From Pavona decussata (lineage: Eukaryota), in assembly GCA_977016875.1 (NCBI GenBank), contig CDRNST010000104.1, positions 5,332,001-5,396,000 on the forward strand: a stretch of DNA of 64,000 bases, written 5' to 3'. How positions within the stretch are numbered: the first letter of the stretch is position 1; each line of letters begins with the position of its first letter. The notes under the pieces are model-generated. The model was given only the letters and a program-made list of their open reading frames with translations. It did not search any database and was not told where the DNA came from. This document shows, one piece after another, positions 13,078-26,019 of the stretch. Position numbers and translations under genes: made by a program.

Positions 13078-13850
13078 AGTTGGCAGGGGTGGTATGCACA
13101 AATTGTCTTCTCCACCTGTTCGTTCATTTGCGGACCATGCCCTGGTGGCCTTAAGGACCATGCTTTAACCATGATGATTTGTCTCCAAAGGCACTACTGA
13201 GGCATTACAATGCGGGCTTCTCTCATCATTAATTGTCCCACTACCCAAAGTTCATCCTTCACTGCTTTGTAGATAGTGCCTGGGAGCTGGCTCCAGTCAC
13301 CTGGTACCACAGCTTAGCGCACTAGCTGTAATGTTGGATCATTTGCTGAGGCAGTCTCCACTTCTTTGTCAATAAGAAAGATGACAAGGCTGCACTTGCC
13401 AGGCTGTATGCAGATGGAGGATTAGAAGTTGCACTGAATACTATGATAAGTGGCTTGTGGTCAGTGCGGATCTCAAATTCAATTCTGTTTAGGTACATGT
13501 AAAAGTTTTTGCAGGCCCATCTGACAGCTAGGGCTTCTGGTTAGCATAATAAATCAGCCTGTAGGTGCCATCTTCTTGGTCTTGCTAGGGAATCACTCCA
13601 ACGCCAACAACAGGTGAGCCTTGTTGGGGCACCTTGTCTGTGATAGGCTATCACTGGTACTCTAGCTAAACAATCTTAGATTTGTTGGAGGGCCTTATTC
13701 TCCTTTGCACCCCACTGCCACTTTGCATCTTCTCTGGTGAGGTCCCACAGCGGACTTCATATGGTTGTAAAGTTTGGGATGATCTGTGCACAGAATTGAA
13801 CAGGCCCAAGGAAACTCCTAACATCTGCCTGGTTCTTTGGAGTCTACCTT
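13078..13850 (-). mobile_element. Degenerate Gypsy pol fragment (RT connection, RNase H, start of integrase)
   Basis: Minus-strand translation gives LWDLTREDAKWQWG, EALAVRWACKNFYMYL...RTDHKPL and GHQGMVR...HPCQLV. Confidence 0.8.
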
Positions 13851-15481
13851 TTTGTCGAGAGTCGATATGCCGAGGGTATTTTTCAAGTGTCGAGGGTCCC
13901 TATTTTACATTAAAAAATGTATGGAAGTCAGTAAAGACAGCTTGCATTAAATTGCGCGTCGCGTGTTCTCCATTATTATCCTTGTTAATATCTGTTTATA
14001 GTGTCATCACGCCATGCTCCTTGGCTGCAAGACTACGATTATCCTTGCATGGCACGTTTGACATTTTTTTAAAATAAATGTACTCATTTCCTGTCTGTAC
14101 GCATTCCTATCGTGTGTGGTCAGATATCCTTAAACTTGCCGAAAAAGATGCTCTCATCCACTTCTCTGTTAGTGAACATTTTTCAGTTTGTTATGAGTTT
14201 TTCTTATTCTAGTGTTTGATCTAGTTTCATAGCAAAGAAACAGAAAAATATCAGAAAGTAAAATCAGAAGTGACTCCTTTATCTTGTGTTTTATCAGCGC
14301 GGTACCTTTGCCTTTTGGGTAAAAAAATTTCCCCTCACATATCTTGAAGGTTATAGTGGATCAGTAATCACACGTGTTGGGTGGCTGTCATATAGATAGC
14401 CTCTTTCCAAATAGAAATATTCTTCTTGAAAGCGCTTATTTGCTGTAATACTTCGAAATGTCAAAAAAGTTGTATTCAGAAGTTGTAAGTAGTGGATCGG
14501 ATAGCGAGGTGGAGTCAGGCCAAATTGGTTCTACCAGCCATGGTTCATCTTAGATATTGAAATTTCAAAAAGAAGACAAGGAAACTGCCCTGAAGAAAGC
14601 AATCAAGCATAGCAAGGTAAACAACAGCGTGACAATTTTTTTCTGACATGTCTTTCGTTTGTATATTTTTGTGCATTGAAATAAGTTACTGACCCGACCC
14701 AGACATGAATGCGCCGTTTTATCTGCCCGTAGAAATCGGCTGTTGTAAAAATAAAAACTTTACCTGTTAAGAGGGACAAATGTGTCGAGTTTTGAGTCTT
14801 GGGAGGATAAAGAATTTTGCCCAAGAGAGCCTGTTTTACCCATCGGAGCATACATGTACAATTATAATACAGTAAGTATCCCTTAACTTAACCAGCAGAC
14901 AAGAATGATTGGTGGTCTTAGACTGTGTTATTAATTATAATGGAAATCCTCCACCAAACACTGTACACAGAAAGCTGTCACAAAAACATAATATACCTAA
15001 TCACGAGTCCGTTTTTTACAAATGGGTATAACTGTTTTTTGCGGGCAAATATTACCAAATGACAAGTCATTGATCTGACAGTATTGGCTGAGAAAAGGCA
15101 AGGCAAAAAGCGGTCAAAACAATCAGTAGAGCTTTTGAAAGAGTTCATTCAGATTGCGATTAGGAGATGGAGAAATTTTCAGAGAACAATAGGTGGGTTC
15201 ATACTAGCGTAGTAAGTAGACCTTAAGTAAACTTGAACCCTACTTCAGATGTGAACAGGTTTAATTTAAGCTCAATTAGCCTACTTTGTAGCCATGATAA
15301 GGCATTTCCTTCAAAGGAGCCGAAGCACACTCTCAAGTCTAGTACATTCATCCTTACGAGCTTACTTATGCACTATTAAAACACATTCCGGTAATGGACG
15401 TCAATCAAACACATTGTACGGCGGGAAATTCAGAGCACGCTAACACACGAATTCGCAAATTTGCCTCTACTTCACCTGAAG

Positions 15482-16210
15482 ATGAATCCGTATAGATCTT
15501 ACTGAGGGATGGATGACGACAACTTTTTAGACAAAGGCCTTATGTAAGTCTTCATGCTGTGTTTTTTGTTTTGTTCAATTAACATACATGTGTCTTGTCC
15601 GACAGCAATACCTTAAACCAACGCTTTGCAAGGGTACCTTCTCCTGAGCAAGCGCAACCAACGTTTAATAGACAATACTGGCCATTTCTTTCGAGCAGCG
15701 CCTCCTTTTATCGGCCGTCCAAACTGAGAAGGGCGCAGTTCGACAAACAGCAACAAAAATTTGTTGATGATTTCTATCTTTTTTTTATGAAGGGTGCAGT
15801 TCGACGAACAGCAAGAAATAGTTGTTGATGATTTCAATCAGCTCAGCGGCCAAAGTAATTTCAGCAACTCATCACGAACGCGCTCGCAGATCCCAGTGGT
15901 AGCAAGCACTTCATCTGCAAAAGTAGTGGAGGAAAGGTCCCAAGTTAAAACTAAGAAGGCGTGATCAAAGTCTAGAAGCACGGGGGTCCAAGATATAGCC
16001 AGCTGCGGAGTGCCTCTCAAAGAGAAAAGGTAAAAACATGGAAAGAAATTTATGCCTCTACAAGTCTGCCCATCCCCAAAGCCAGAGGACCCTGCAGCAA
16101 ATAAAGAAACGGCAGCAAAACTTGGAGTATGAGTATAAGCTACGGAAACAGAAGTCGCAGAAAACCGGGGAAGCAGGAATCAATCAAATCAAAGATGGCA
16201 TCCCATACAA
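15482..16210 (+). pseudogene. Myb/SANT-like DNA-binding ORF of a Harbinger-type element (fragment)
   Basis: RTLQQIKKRQQNLEYEYKLRKQKSQKTGEAG..IKDGIPY has a trihelix-like signature. A possible Harbinger terminus GGTGGGTTCATAC lies at 15192. Confidence 0.5.
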
Positions 16211-16214
16211 CATT

Positions 16215-17142
16215 GTGTCAAATATTGTAAAGAGAATGGTATTGAAAATCCTGTGGAAATTTTACTTATTGCTCAGAAGCTTACTGTAACAGCAAGATGT
16301 TACAGAACCTACTGTCTGTTTGGAGGGTGAAACTAACTATATCCTTATCAACCGAGATGATATTTTGAAAACAGCACTGGAAGAAATTCAATTTTTGAAA
16401 TAACCCAGACTAACACTTGAAGTTGGATTTTATGATGAGAGTGCTCGGGATTTTGGCAGCCCACGTCAAAAATTCTTTCGCCTTTCTTTCCCAAAATTCA
16501 AGGCTAAGTACTTTGACAATGGTCTAAGAGATCATCTTGTTGATGATTATTCCACAGTAGGGTTACTAATGACCTTTAGTATTTTGCAGAATGGAATCGA
16601 CCCAAGATTTTCGAAGGAAGATCTTCAAGCCCTTTTCTCCTCAGAAGAGCCATCAGGATTGTTGTATTTCAAAGCTCTGAGTATGTTTTGTAAGCATTTG
16701 ACTCTGTCAAATAGGAAATGTTATACCTACCTTCCTTTATCTCTTCAGGCCTTCAGGAAGCTATGCACTTACAAGGAGAAACCTGCTAACAATTCTTAAA
16801 CCAAATTTCTTTGAAGTTGGTGGCAACACACATCATTTTGAAAGTGAAGTTCATGATTTATTATCCAAATACACCAGGCTGACAGCAAGTAAACAAAGAG
16901 GTTCAGTTGCCCTAGGACATATCCTGCAGTTCGTCACAGGCGCTGAGGAGGAGACCCCATTGGGCTTTGAAATAGCACCTCATATAGAATTTGTAGGGAA
17001 AGAAACCATTGGCACAAAATGCCCGTTTCTACCCACAAGGAACACCTCTGCTAATACACTGTACTTACCAAGGCATACAAGGAATTCCGTTTTGCCAAGC
17101 GAGCAGCAGATCTTTGGTCTATATGATCTAGCCTTTGCATGA
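16215..17142 (+). pseudogene. Intronless degenerate HECT-domain (G2E3-like) ubiquitin ligase fragment
   Basis: EGETNYILINRDDILKTALEEI..PRLTLEVGFYDESARDFGSPRQKFF, then LGHILQFVTGAEEETPLGFEIAPHIEF and FLPTRNTSANTLYLP (HECT C-lobe; Ser at the catalytic Cys position). Contains stops and frameshifts. Confidence 0.7.
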
Positions 17143-17786
17143 CGTTTGGAACAGGCCTTAGAAACAGGTCCATCTAATTTGCCAGGTGGTTTTTTGAGCA
17201 AAATTTTATCTGATCGCATTAGACTAGTCATACAGACCGCTCCCTTTTCCATCACCATTTAATTTTTCCCAAACACTGAAGATAATGCCACAACTCTTTA
17301 CAGCTTTTGTGAGGGCCTGCAGATGCTTGCCACTTGTTTGGCTTGGGGGCTTGTCAGGATTTTCTTTTTTGTCCCATTCAAGTGCATCAGTGACAAGGTC
17401 GTCTGTAAGCTTAACTGTTCAGTTTGAAGAAAATACTGATATTAATATATTATCTTTGGCGCTGAATAAAGCCTTAAACAAGCAGTGTTATAAGGTTTAC
17501 CTGTAATCCTTAGTATCAAACGGAGTTCATCCAACACCGCATTCTCAGAGGGAATATTTAGGAAAGACTAGTGCTCAGATGAATGTTTTTTGTGCTTCCG
17601 TCCTCCCTTGTGTCACATATCTTCCTGACAACATGGTCTACCCAATAATAATTTTGAGGCTTCGCCATGTCAAATCTAAATGTAAGAGAAGCAACACTGA
17701 AGCAAAAGGTTTGCAAGAATGTACTGAAAGGTGAAAAGGTGTTCAAGTTTAAAGGCATAGGTTTCTTAGACTAAGTCAAATAAAGC

Positions 17787-17787
17787 A

Positions 17788-17858
<71 letters not shown>

Positions 17859-17868
17859 TACTACTATT
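17787..17868. repeat. (ATT)n/(ACT)n microsatellite, probably a retroelement tail
   Basis: A run of ATT follows AATAAAGC. Confidence 0.9.
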
Positions 17869-18341
17869 CTTTTTTATTTTAATTTTATACCTATCTTTTA
17901 TGTACACCAAATGCAGGCAAAGTCTGAAGTTGCTGAGTTCACTCCAATGACAAGGAGCAGAAACTGTAACGTAAACAATGCATGTTTGGAGACTCCAGAA
18001 GCACTGTTATCCTAATTTGTTATTAATTTGCTTTTTGGGAACAATACGAATAAATTGTCATGATTTATAAAAGTATACCTTGTAATCTCCACCAAGAAAT
18101 ACTTCTATTGCAACGTCTTTCCCATTAATTGACACCTTCCCTTTATCTATCAGAATGTTTACTTTATTAAACACAGTCACACAGGAAGATTGCAACAGTT
18201 CACAGGATTCATGTCCTTTAATAACTGCTATGGAATTGTTACCTGTTTTAAAATTTTAAAGAAATTGAAACATTAAATTATTGTTATAGTAATAATAATG
18301 ATGATGATGATGATAATACTAATAAGTTTTATTTACTTAAC

Positions 18342-19582
18342 GTGGAGAAGTTTAAGAACGCTGTTAGTGTCGGGAAAGATCATTGCTTAAAATGTATTTG
18401 CCAGCAAAGTGTTTCCTCTGAAGATATAGTCTTGACAGTAACCATCAAATATGACTGTTTGCGACACTTGTACGAAGGGAAGCAAGCTGCATCAACACAC
18501 CAGATAAGCTGCAGATATGTTGATCTACTAAATGTTTTCTTGACCATGAAGTATACTGCTAAGATAAAGGAGGATTGCAGCGGATTATAGGGGCAATTTA
18601 CGGCACACCTGTGGGGAGGTCAATAATAAATTTAAAGGAAAATTGGAAATCATACTGAGATTTGCAGCAGAGCAAACATAACCTTGCCATGAACTTTAGC
18701 TATATCTGAATTGGAAACCACCACAATGAGACATGAAAAGAAGAGAGCTGATGCAGCATGATGCAAATGAAGTTTTGAAGGCCCGTCATGGAGAGCTTTA
18801 CAACAAAATGGTTGAATATGGAGCTACTAAGAAAGAACGAGTGAAGACCTTGCTGCGACAAAGCAAAGATTGACAGATAAGAAACTCCATGCATACATTG
18901 ACAATCTTGGACATGACATTGCCTTTGAAAATAGTGGAAAGAACATAAGTCAGGTGGGAGAAAGACAGCAAAGAAGGAAAATAGAAGAACTAAAAACAGA
19001 CGTTGAAAAAGCATTGTGGTTAACAAAGTCTTTTGGTTTCTCAGGCGATGATGACTCCAATGAAACACTATGGTTTGAAGAAAATGGGAAAAATGCTTTA
19101 ATGATTTGTCAGAAGAGGATCAGGATAAAGTGAAGTGTCTTATTTCTGCTCGACAATTTCTGCATTGGGGTTTGCAGGATATCATGAACTGACAATGTGC
19201 TCTGTAGGGAAGATGTTCCACGGTCTTACTTAATAAAGCAATGTAAGGATGACTTGAACAAGCTTTATCACATCACAAGAACTTCTGGAGTGGCACCAGG
19301 AGCATAGATTGATTTTGCCACAGAGCTGAAGTCCATTCTTAAGAAACAGGTAACAGCCCTATCTTGGGTGAAATGGAATGTAAGAGAAATATTCTGATGT
19401 ACAGTTTCCTTTTTCTTCTTTTTTTTTCCCAGATCAACCAAAAGAAAATTGATATTGATGACCCAGACTTAACAGTCAAAATAAAACTATCTGGAGATGG
19501 AGCAAAATGACAAAACTGACAAGTTTTATTGTAATTTCATTTTCTGTTCTCAACAATGATGAAGATCCCATGTCATCAAAAG
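18342..19582 (+). pseudogene. Degenerate spliced transposase-like gene of unclassified family (xIKLSGDGA motif)
   Basis: The fragments join to ...VGERQQRRKIEELK..VEKALW...FLLDNFCI..YHELT...PRSYLIKQCKDDLN...|intron ~19350-19432|...VKIKLSGDGAK..TSFIVISFSVLN..MSSK|GT. The beta-strand plus DG resembles an RNase H-fold first catalytic Asp. Confidence 0.45.
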
Positions 19583-19866
19583 GTAAGAGATATTGAGACT
19601 AAATCTAATTGAGACTAAATCTAATCAACTAATATAATACAATTAATGATAGTAAATTATTATTTTCTGACAAATTTAATCCAACCGCTGCAAATTCTAA
19701 AAGATTGCACTAGAAGTAGGTAAAGCAGTGCAGTAGAGACAAAATATACCTTTTTTTCTGGCGAATATTTCACGCCGGGCCAGCGTGCGTCTCAAAAGTG
19801 CAATTAGGCGCCTGCTGTTGGCCCATGTTCCGCCAGTGGTATATATTTATAAAATACAAGTTTATA

Positions 19867-20490
19867 ATGGCGGCCAAGTTAGAAATTACTGCAGCCACGA
19901 GGGCTTTGCGTCCTCTGCGTGATCATGTTGAGAATTTTCTGCTCTTTGAAGACGAGGCTGAGGAAGTGCTTCATGTATCCAGTTCATTCGAAAAGCATCA
20001 AAGTCATCAAAATTCAATCGAAAGAGTGCGACATTCGGTGCTTGAAGTTGGCTCAATCATTGCGGAAGAAGACATCCTCTGGCTTAAAAAAGTTGTATCG
20101 GCGACTCACTCCCCGCAAGGCAGTCCGTAATCCTTGGACTGCGCAAGTGGCAAGAGATTTACCAGTGGAAATCTTCGGTTTTATATTGGAGATGGTAAAA
20201 AAGGCAAGGTCAAGGTTTGGTGTCACCTATTTTGAGAGCCGATCCTCAGATTCTGTGGTTTACACTGAAGGAAATCGAGTCACCAGAGATTTGTCTAGAC
20301 TTTGCGACATTTCCAGAGCATCAGTTCTTGAATATTTTCAAAGAAATGCAAAGTTGCCAGGAGAGGAACCGTAAGGGTTGTTATGACGGCAGAAAAGCCC
20401 TTTACAGTGTCTTATTTGAAGAAAGGATCTCAAGTTGTAATGAAATGCTACTACAAGTACACAAATGAGCATGATTACACTTTTGAAAGT
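19867..20490 (+). pseudogene. Frameshifted ORF of unknown family (RDLPxExF motif), copy A
   Basis: Starts MAAKLEIT at 19867. It continues through ORF 19919-20374 (RRLTPRKAVRNPWTAQVARDLPVEIF) and a third frame to ...KCYYKYTNEHDYTF. Confidence 0.45.
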
Positions 20491-20626
20491 TGAAATACAG
20501 TTGTAAAACCAAAAGACGAACTCTTATTTTGATGTGCATGATTAATCAGTCTACATCTGTTATCAAAGCTTGTTGACTTTTAAAAAACTTCAGCTTAAGA
20601 AATGCTTCAGTGTATCTTATTGAGAA

Positions 20627-21078
20627 ATGCATCACTCAATTCCAGCAGTGCCCATCCCCACCCCCCCCCCCCCCTAACTCTCCCGGATAACACATGGGCA
20701 TTAGCATTTTTTTTTTTTTTCACAAAAAAAGAATGGCAAATTACCAGGGGTGGAGACACATAAGCTGTCCAAATGCCCTGGGGCAGAGACGAAGGAAGAT
20801 GGAAAATGCCCCACCCCCAGGATCGTCACCTGTTAACACCGACAAGACTTCAAGGACGAACTCTTTTATTCTTTTCATTTTGCTTTGAATGGTTTGTAAA
20901 TGCCTCCATCATGTATACACACGGTTTGGAAACCACGTGTGTCAAATGCCTAGGGGTCGCCCCGGGGTACACAAATGCCCCACCCCAGGACAGGTGATAT
21001 AATTGCGAATGCCTTACCCCCGGAACTGGCAACTTGAGCAAATGCCCAAATGGGCACTGCTGGATTTGATTGATGCAT
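20627..21078. mobile_element. Non-autonomous DNA transposon (MITE, ~450 bp)
   Basis: TIRs ATGCATCACTCAATTCCAGCAGTGCCCAT and ATGGGCACTGCTGGATTTGATTGATGCAT, with internal CAAATGCCC repeats. A further partial end lies at ~21245-21305. Confidence 0.85.
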
Positions 21079-21739
21079 AATCACTAAAGCATGATCCTTA
21101 CCTGGCAGTCAGAAAAGTAAAACTTATCATCTTACATAGCTTTAAAATCCATATATTTTCTACAATTAACCTCATTTGAGCCATATTTGACCAAAAACTG
21201 ATGAAATAGTGGAATAAGGGCATATCTGCCTTTTCTGTCATGGGTGATCAAAGCCATGCCCAGGGGAGGGAATTGGAATGGGACTGCTGGAACTGACTGG
21301 TGCATTGGAGGTGACAACAATTAAAATACTACAGCTGATTTGCAACGTTTAAAGTTTATTACAATGAGTTCGAATAAAGATGCTAAATTTTCTGTTTACA
21401 ATTTTTTTGTTGTCTTTGCTTGCCAAAGTATAAATTTAACATTATTAAAATGCTGTCAAGTCATCTCTAGAAAAACATTTTCAAAATAAATTTCTAACAT
21501 TGTAATAAAAATGTTTCAACATCATTAACATGCTTCCAACACTAGCAAACCATTTTCAAAATAACTTTCTAATATGTTTATAAAATACTTATAAAATTTG
21601 TTACAACTATTTGAACGTGAAAGTAACAAATAAAAGAAATAAATGAATAAGACCACTTGTCAATTTTATTACTGACACGAGACTACCTTCTCTGTTACCT
21701 TTTTCTGACTCAGAACATAATCTTTAGTTTTATAACCTT

Positions 21740-23200
21740 TACATCGTTTGACTTAAGTGTCAAACATCCCATCTAAGGCTGGACTTGGGTTATTCTCAGA
21801 ACCTCCATGGATTTTGGAAGCAGCCTTCATTGTTTCAAGTCGCCTTTTCGCTCCTGTTCTTGCCGGGATACTTGATATCCCCTCCACCAATTTACTTGGG
21901 GTTCTTGTTCGTGAACTGATATCAGTGTTCAGTGATTGTGACTGCAAAGGAAAATGCTTTATTACTCCCTTTTCTTTGAGTTGCTGAAAAAATTTAGTCT
22001 TAGTGTGAGACTAACCTGAACATTTTGACTTTTGTGAGTCAAGTCCCTCAAAACGTCTCTTGAAAAACTGGCTTTCAGGTAGGGAAAAAAATTATCAGCC
22101 ACCACCAATAGCCTGAACTTCAGTCCACCAGCTTTGCATAATTATTGATTAAGAAACATAAATGAATTGAAAAAGGCAGACATTTGAAGTGGAGAACCAG
22201 TAAAGTTCATTTTCCTGTTTGCAATATGATTTTTTTGGAATTTGAATTCTATGCAAACATGAAATTCAGTGAATTTTAAATTACATGTACCGTCCATTAG
22301 CCAGAATTAATTCAATAACATTTTCTTGTGCAGTTCTTTTAAAATATTCAACCAATCAAATTAAATCACTTACCAGTTTTCAGGAGTGTTGTGACTGGAC
22401 AACATTGGCAGCTCATCAGTTTAGATGTCTTTTCCAGGAGTGTACAACTGGAGAAGACGGTTGAAATTCAGGCTACAACACCAAGTGGTTACGGTGCATG
22501 CACAGAAAAAAAAACCCTACCACAAAAGAGAGCTCCTACACATGCACTGCCAGGTTCATGATTTCACGATGTTCTCACCACAAGGTTATACAAAACTTTT
22601 ACAGAAAAAATATATCCCCCAAAGCCTAAGACATGCCTCCCCCCCCCACCCCCTCTAATTTTTCCCAGCCCTCATCTCCAAACCAAAAATGAGCAAAATG
22701 AGCAGCTCACAAATAAAACAAGAGCTAACAGCATATAATTACAAGCGGCAGTTCATATATATACATAGCATTTAGAAGAAATGCTAAACAAATCAGAAAT
22801 ATCTATCAATAATAATGTGTTTGTCCCCACACAGTGCAGGTCAAACAATATGCTTACAAAGCAAATAAGCTTAAGTTTGACTTTATCGATCTGAACATAA
22901 ATTATTTGCACTTCTGGGGCCTTAAAGCAGCCAATAAAGTAACTTTAATTGGCACGCATTTTTAATACAACAAGAACTCCCACTAACCTTCGACTTCAGT
23001 TTGTTAATTTTCCTCGTGTTTGTGCTATGCTCTGATTTCAAACTTCTACACTCCTGTACTGCCTTCTGCCTCGCTTCCTTTCGGGCCTTCATAAAGGCAG
23101 AAACATCAAATCGACTGTTCTTGGTATGTGGCATAAGCATACAAGCTAACCTAGAGTAATGTACAAGGTACTATAACTTGTTGGGCCCAGGCATTTTGAT
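21740..23200 (-). pseudogene. Degenerate multi-exon minus-strand gene, probably the N-terminal part of a TE protein
   Basis: Coding-like blocks MPGPNKL*YLVHYSRL...SAFMKARKEAR (23200-22985) and RTGAKRRLETMKAASKIHGG..PALDGMFDT (21947-21753) are separated by AT-rich intron-like DNA. Confidence 0.35.
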
Positions 23201-24182
23201 ATAAGCAAAAATTCAGCAAAACAAAATGATACGATTCTTACCAACGTCTCAAAGATGCAAGATTTGGCTTTAAAATACTTCTGTTTGAAAAACTGTCAGA
23301 TTCTTTCCAAGCCAAAAACTGAACTTTATAATGTCGAGCAACTTGACGCCATTAGACCAAGATGATCAATGCATGTTTGCGCTCTCAAAGGACGGGCTTT
23401 GGTGGCATGTTTGGTATAAAACGAAAGCTCAGACAACAAACTTCAAGGATCTTTGATGAATGAAAAACCAAACATTTCCCAGAAGGCAGCAGAACCCTGT
23501 ATTTATAACATACCTAATGTTGGATCTAACACCCGATTGTTAAAATGGCCTCAATTAGTATTCCCCCAGGCCTGTTTTTGCGCGGGAAGTTAGGTTAATA
23601 ATTGGCATTTTGCAAGTGACACTTTGCTGAAATGACATTTTCTGTTCATTATACCTTGAACTTTCAACGAGACGCGCTTCGCGTAGTCATCCGCAGTTAC
23701 TGCAGTCTGCTACCAATTTCCGCTAGAAGTTTCGTCTAAATGCGCCACAACAATGTAAGTGTGCTGTATTTTCCATAGGCTTTATCGGTTTGTTTACCTT
23801 ATAGTTGGTACATTTTGTAGTTGACTTTGTTTGTATGTTTCAGTTTAAACCTTCTTCGCCTCGTCAGTGACACTGTTAAGCTACAATGTTCAGCCCTCCC
23901 GCGCAGCCGACAAAGTGAAAAGAGTTTAGAATAAATTGCGTGAAAAGAAGTGTTTGCCTCTGGCGGTTACACCTAAGTAATCCCTAGTCTCCTCTCGAAA
24001 ACTCGGATTTCGCACGCCATTTTTAAAACATTACAATGCAGCTTTTTGCAATCTGTGGGCCCGGTATGTTTTAAGCTTCTATGGTTATGTTTGCTGACCA
24101 ATATTACCATCAGGTTAAGGCATATCCCAGATTCCCCTACAGCATTAGAAAGCTTACTTTTTACTGAAAATTTTGATACCAA

Positions 24183-24684
24183 ACATGGCGGTGTTTGCTC
24201 TAAGCTTTGGGTTTTTGGCTCAAGAATACAACACAATGTTTGCGGATAAACACCGACATGAAGCTCGCGTGACATTCGATATCTTTGCTTCTCGTGGAAC
24301 CTATTTGTGTGATTCTGAATCTTTTTTAAAAGCAATTTGCAGGGCAAAGAAATCAACCCACTTAGTAAAAATGGAACAAACGACAGTTCATACCGAGCTT
24401 ATTCTTAAGCGATCCTGGCACACGAGTTCCCTTACATGGTGGTGTTTGCTCTAAGCTTTGGGTTTTTGGCTCACGAATACAACACAATGTTTGCGGATAA
24501 ACACCGACATGAAGCTCGCGTGACATTCGAAATCTATGCTTCTCGTGGAACTTATCTGTGTGATTCTGAATCTTTTTTAAAAGCAATTTACAGGGCAAAG
24601 AAATCAACCCACTTAGTAAAAATGGAACAAATGACAGTTCATACCGGGCTTATTCTTAAGCGATCCCAGCACACGAGTTCCCTT
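24183..24684. repeat. 251-bp tandem duplication
   Basis: ACATGG(C/T)GGTGTTTGCTCTAAGC...CACGAGTTCCCTT starts at 24183 and 24434. Confidence 0.95.
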
Positions 24685-25625
24685 ATTTATGTTGCCAGTT
24701 ACGATGCATCAAATTCTGGTTTTGAGGCTTTCAAGCTTCTCGCATACAGTGTTGTAAGAACCAAGCTTGGAAAATAAACAAAGGAAAAAACAGAGCCATG
24801 AGAATTTGTTTGTGAAACGTATTTTATCAGAAAGACCTAGTAAGCTTCCAGAAATTCAAAAGGCATCGCGGCACTTGTTCAAGGTAAGCAAGAATTCAGT
24901 ATATTTCACTTTGTTTTATTTTTTCCATACAAATCCATTAATTGTGGCGGCCATATTGCCAGTGATATACAAGCCTGCGCATAGAACGTCAGCATGAGGG
25001 AGGGAGGAGTTCTTTAACACAAGTATAGAAATAATGGACAATCACAATATCAGTTCCCTTTCATTCTTTATCTGGAAGTCACTGGATGGACTTGTCAGAA
25101 GTTACAGGAGAAAACGGTCTCGAGAGTGGCACAAGCGATTTTCAACAATTACATACTGAAGAAGACAATGCTTCTAAAAATTGTTCCCCATGGCAGACAA
25201 AATTTAAAGGATCCACAAGCCAGTATGTTGGGTACGTCGACTCAGTTGAAGCAGCCATGACTGTAATGAAAGAGTATGAGCTGGAGACCACAACTAAGTT
25301 CTAATCCTTTAAATCAGACAGCAAGTTTGGAGCTGGAGGTAACTAATTTATTGTTACTATTCTATTTTTCATTAACACCGGTGAGGCTGTTTTACATTTT
25401 CCTATTGTTTATGACTTGTGTAAATAGGTCTTTGTTGACAAACACCAGCGAGCTACATTGAATCTTTCTTGTTTGTGTTTTCCGGCTTTTCACCAAGCAA
25501 GTGAACTAGGTTAAAAAGATATTAAATCATAACCTGCTCTCTTCCATTTTCATCTTTAAGCACTGTACATGTGATTTTTCTCGAAATATTAGTAACAGTA
25601 CTCCCTTGGCTTTATTTTTATTTGA

Positions 25626-26006
25626 ATGTACCAAAAGGACATGGCGTGGTCATATAAACATGATTTGGTGCTCTGCAGAGAAGTGTTGGCTATGGAGCCC
25701 TACCAACATCCGTATAGAAGCAAGAAAAGGGGTAACGCATGGAACCAGATAGCTATGAACCTGAATAGCCTTGATCATTCAAAAAGAGAAAGGCTAACCT
25801 TGTCAATTACCAAGCATAAAGCGAAAATGTGCCAAGAGGAAAATTCCTCTGGAATCGCTTGCAAAGAGACCGAACTAGACCAAGCTCTCGTAGAGATAAG
25901 TGACAAGAAGAAGTTGGTCAACGAAAAAAGCTCTGAGGCAAAGAAAAAAGAAAAGGAAGAAAAAGCAGCTGCAGAGGAACATAGACAAAAGCCAAAAAAA
26001 ATATAA
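25626..26006 (+). pseudogene. Myb/SANT-like partner ORF of the Harbinger element (truncated)
   Basis: MAWSYKHDLVLCREVL..EPYQH...RGNAWNQIAMNLN...RERL..L..KHKAK...SG..ETELDQAL; convergent with a Harbinger transposase. Confidence 0.75.
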
Positions 26007-26019
26007 CACTACAATCGTT

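Noticed and set aside
18342-20490. RAG1-RAG2 (ProtoRAG) pair
   Set aside because: No kelch or PHD features in the second ORF, no RSS-like heptamer/nonamer, and the orientation is tandem. Only one short motif is similar.
25086-25340. CaRF-like or Mutator-derived first exon
   Set aside because: The resemblance is weak, it has an in-frame stop, and I found no further exons to support it.
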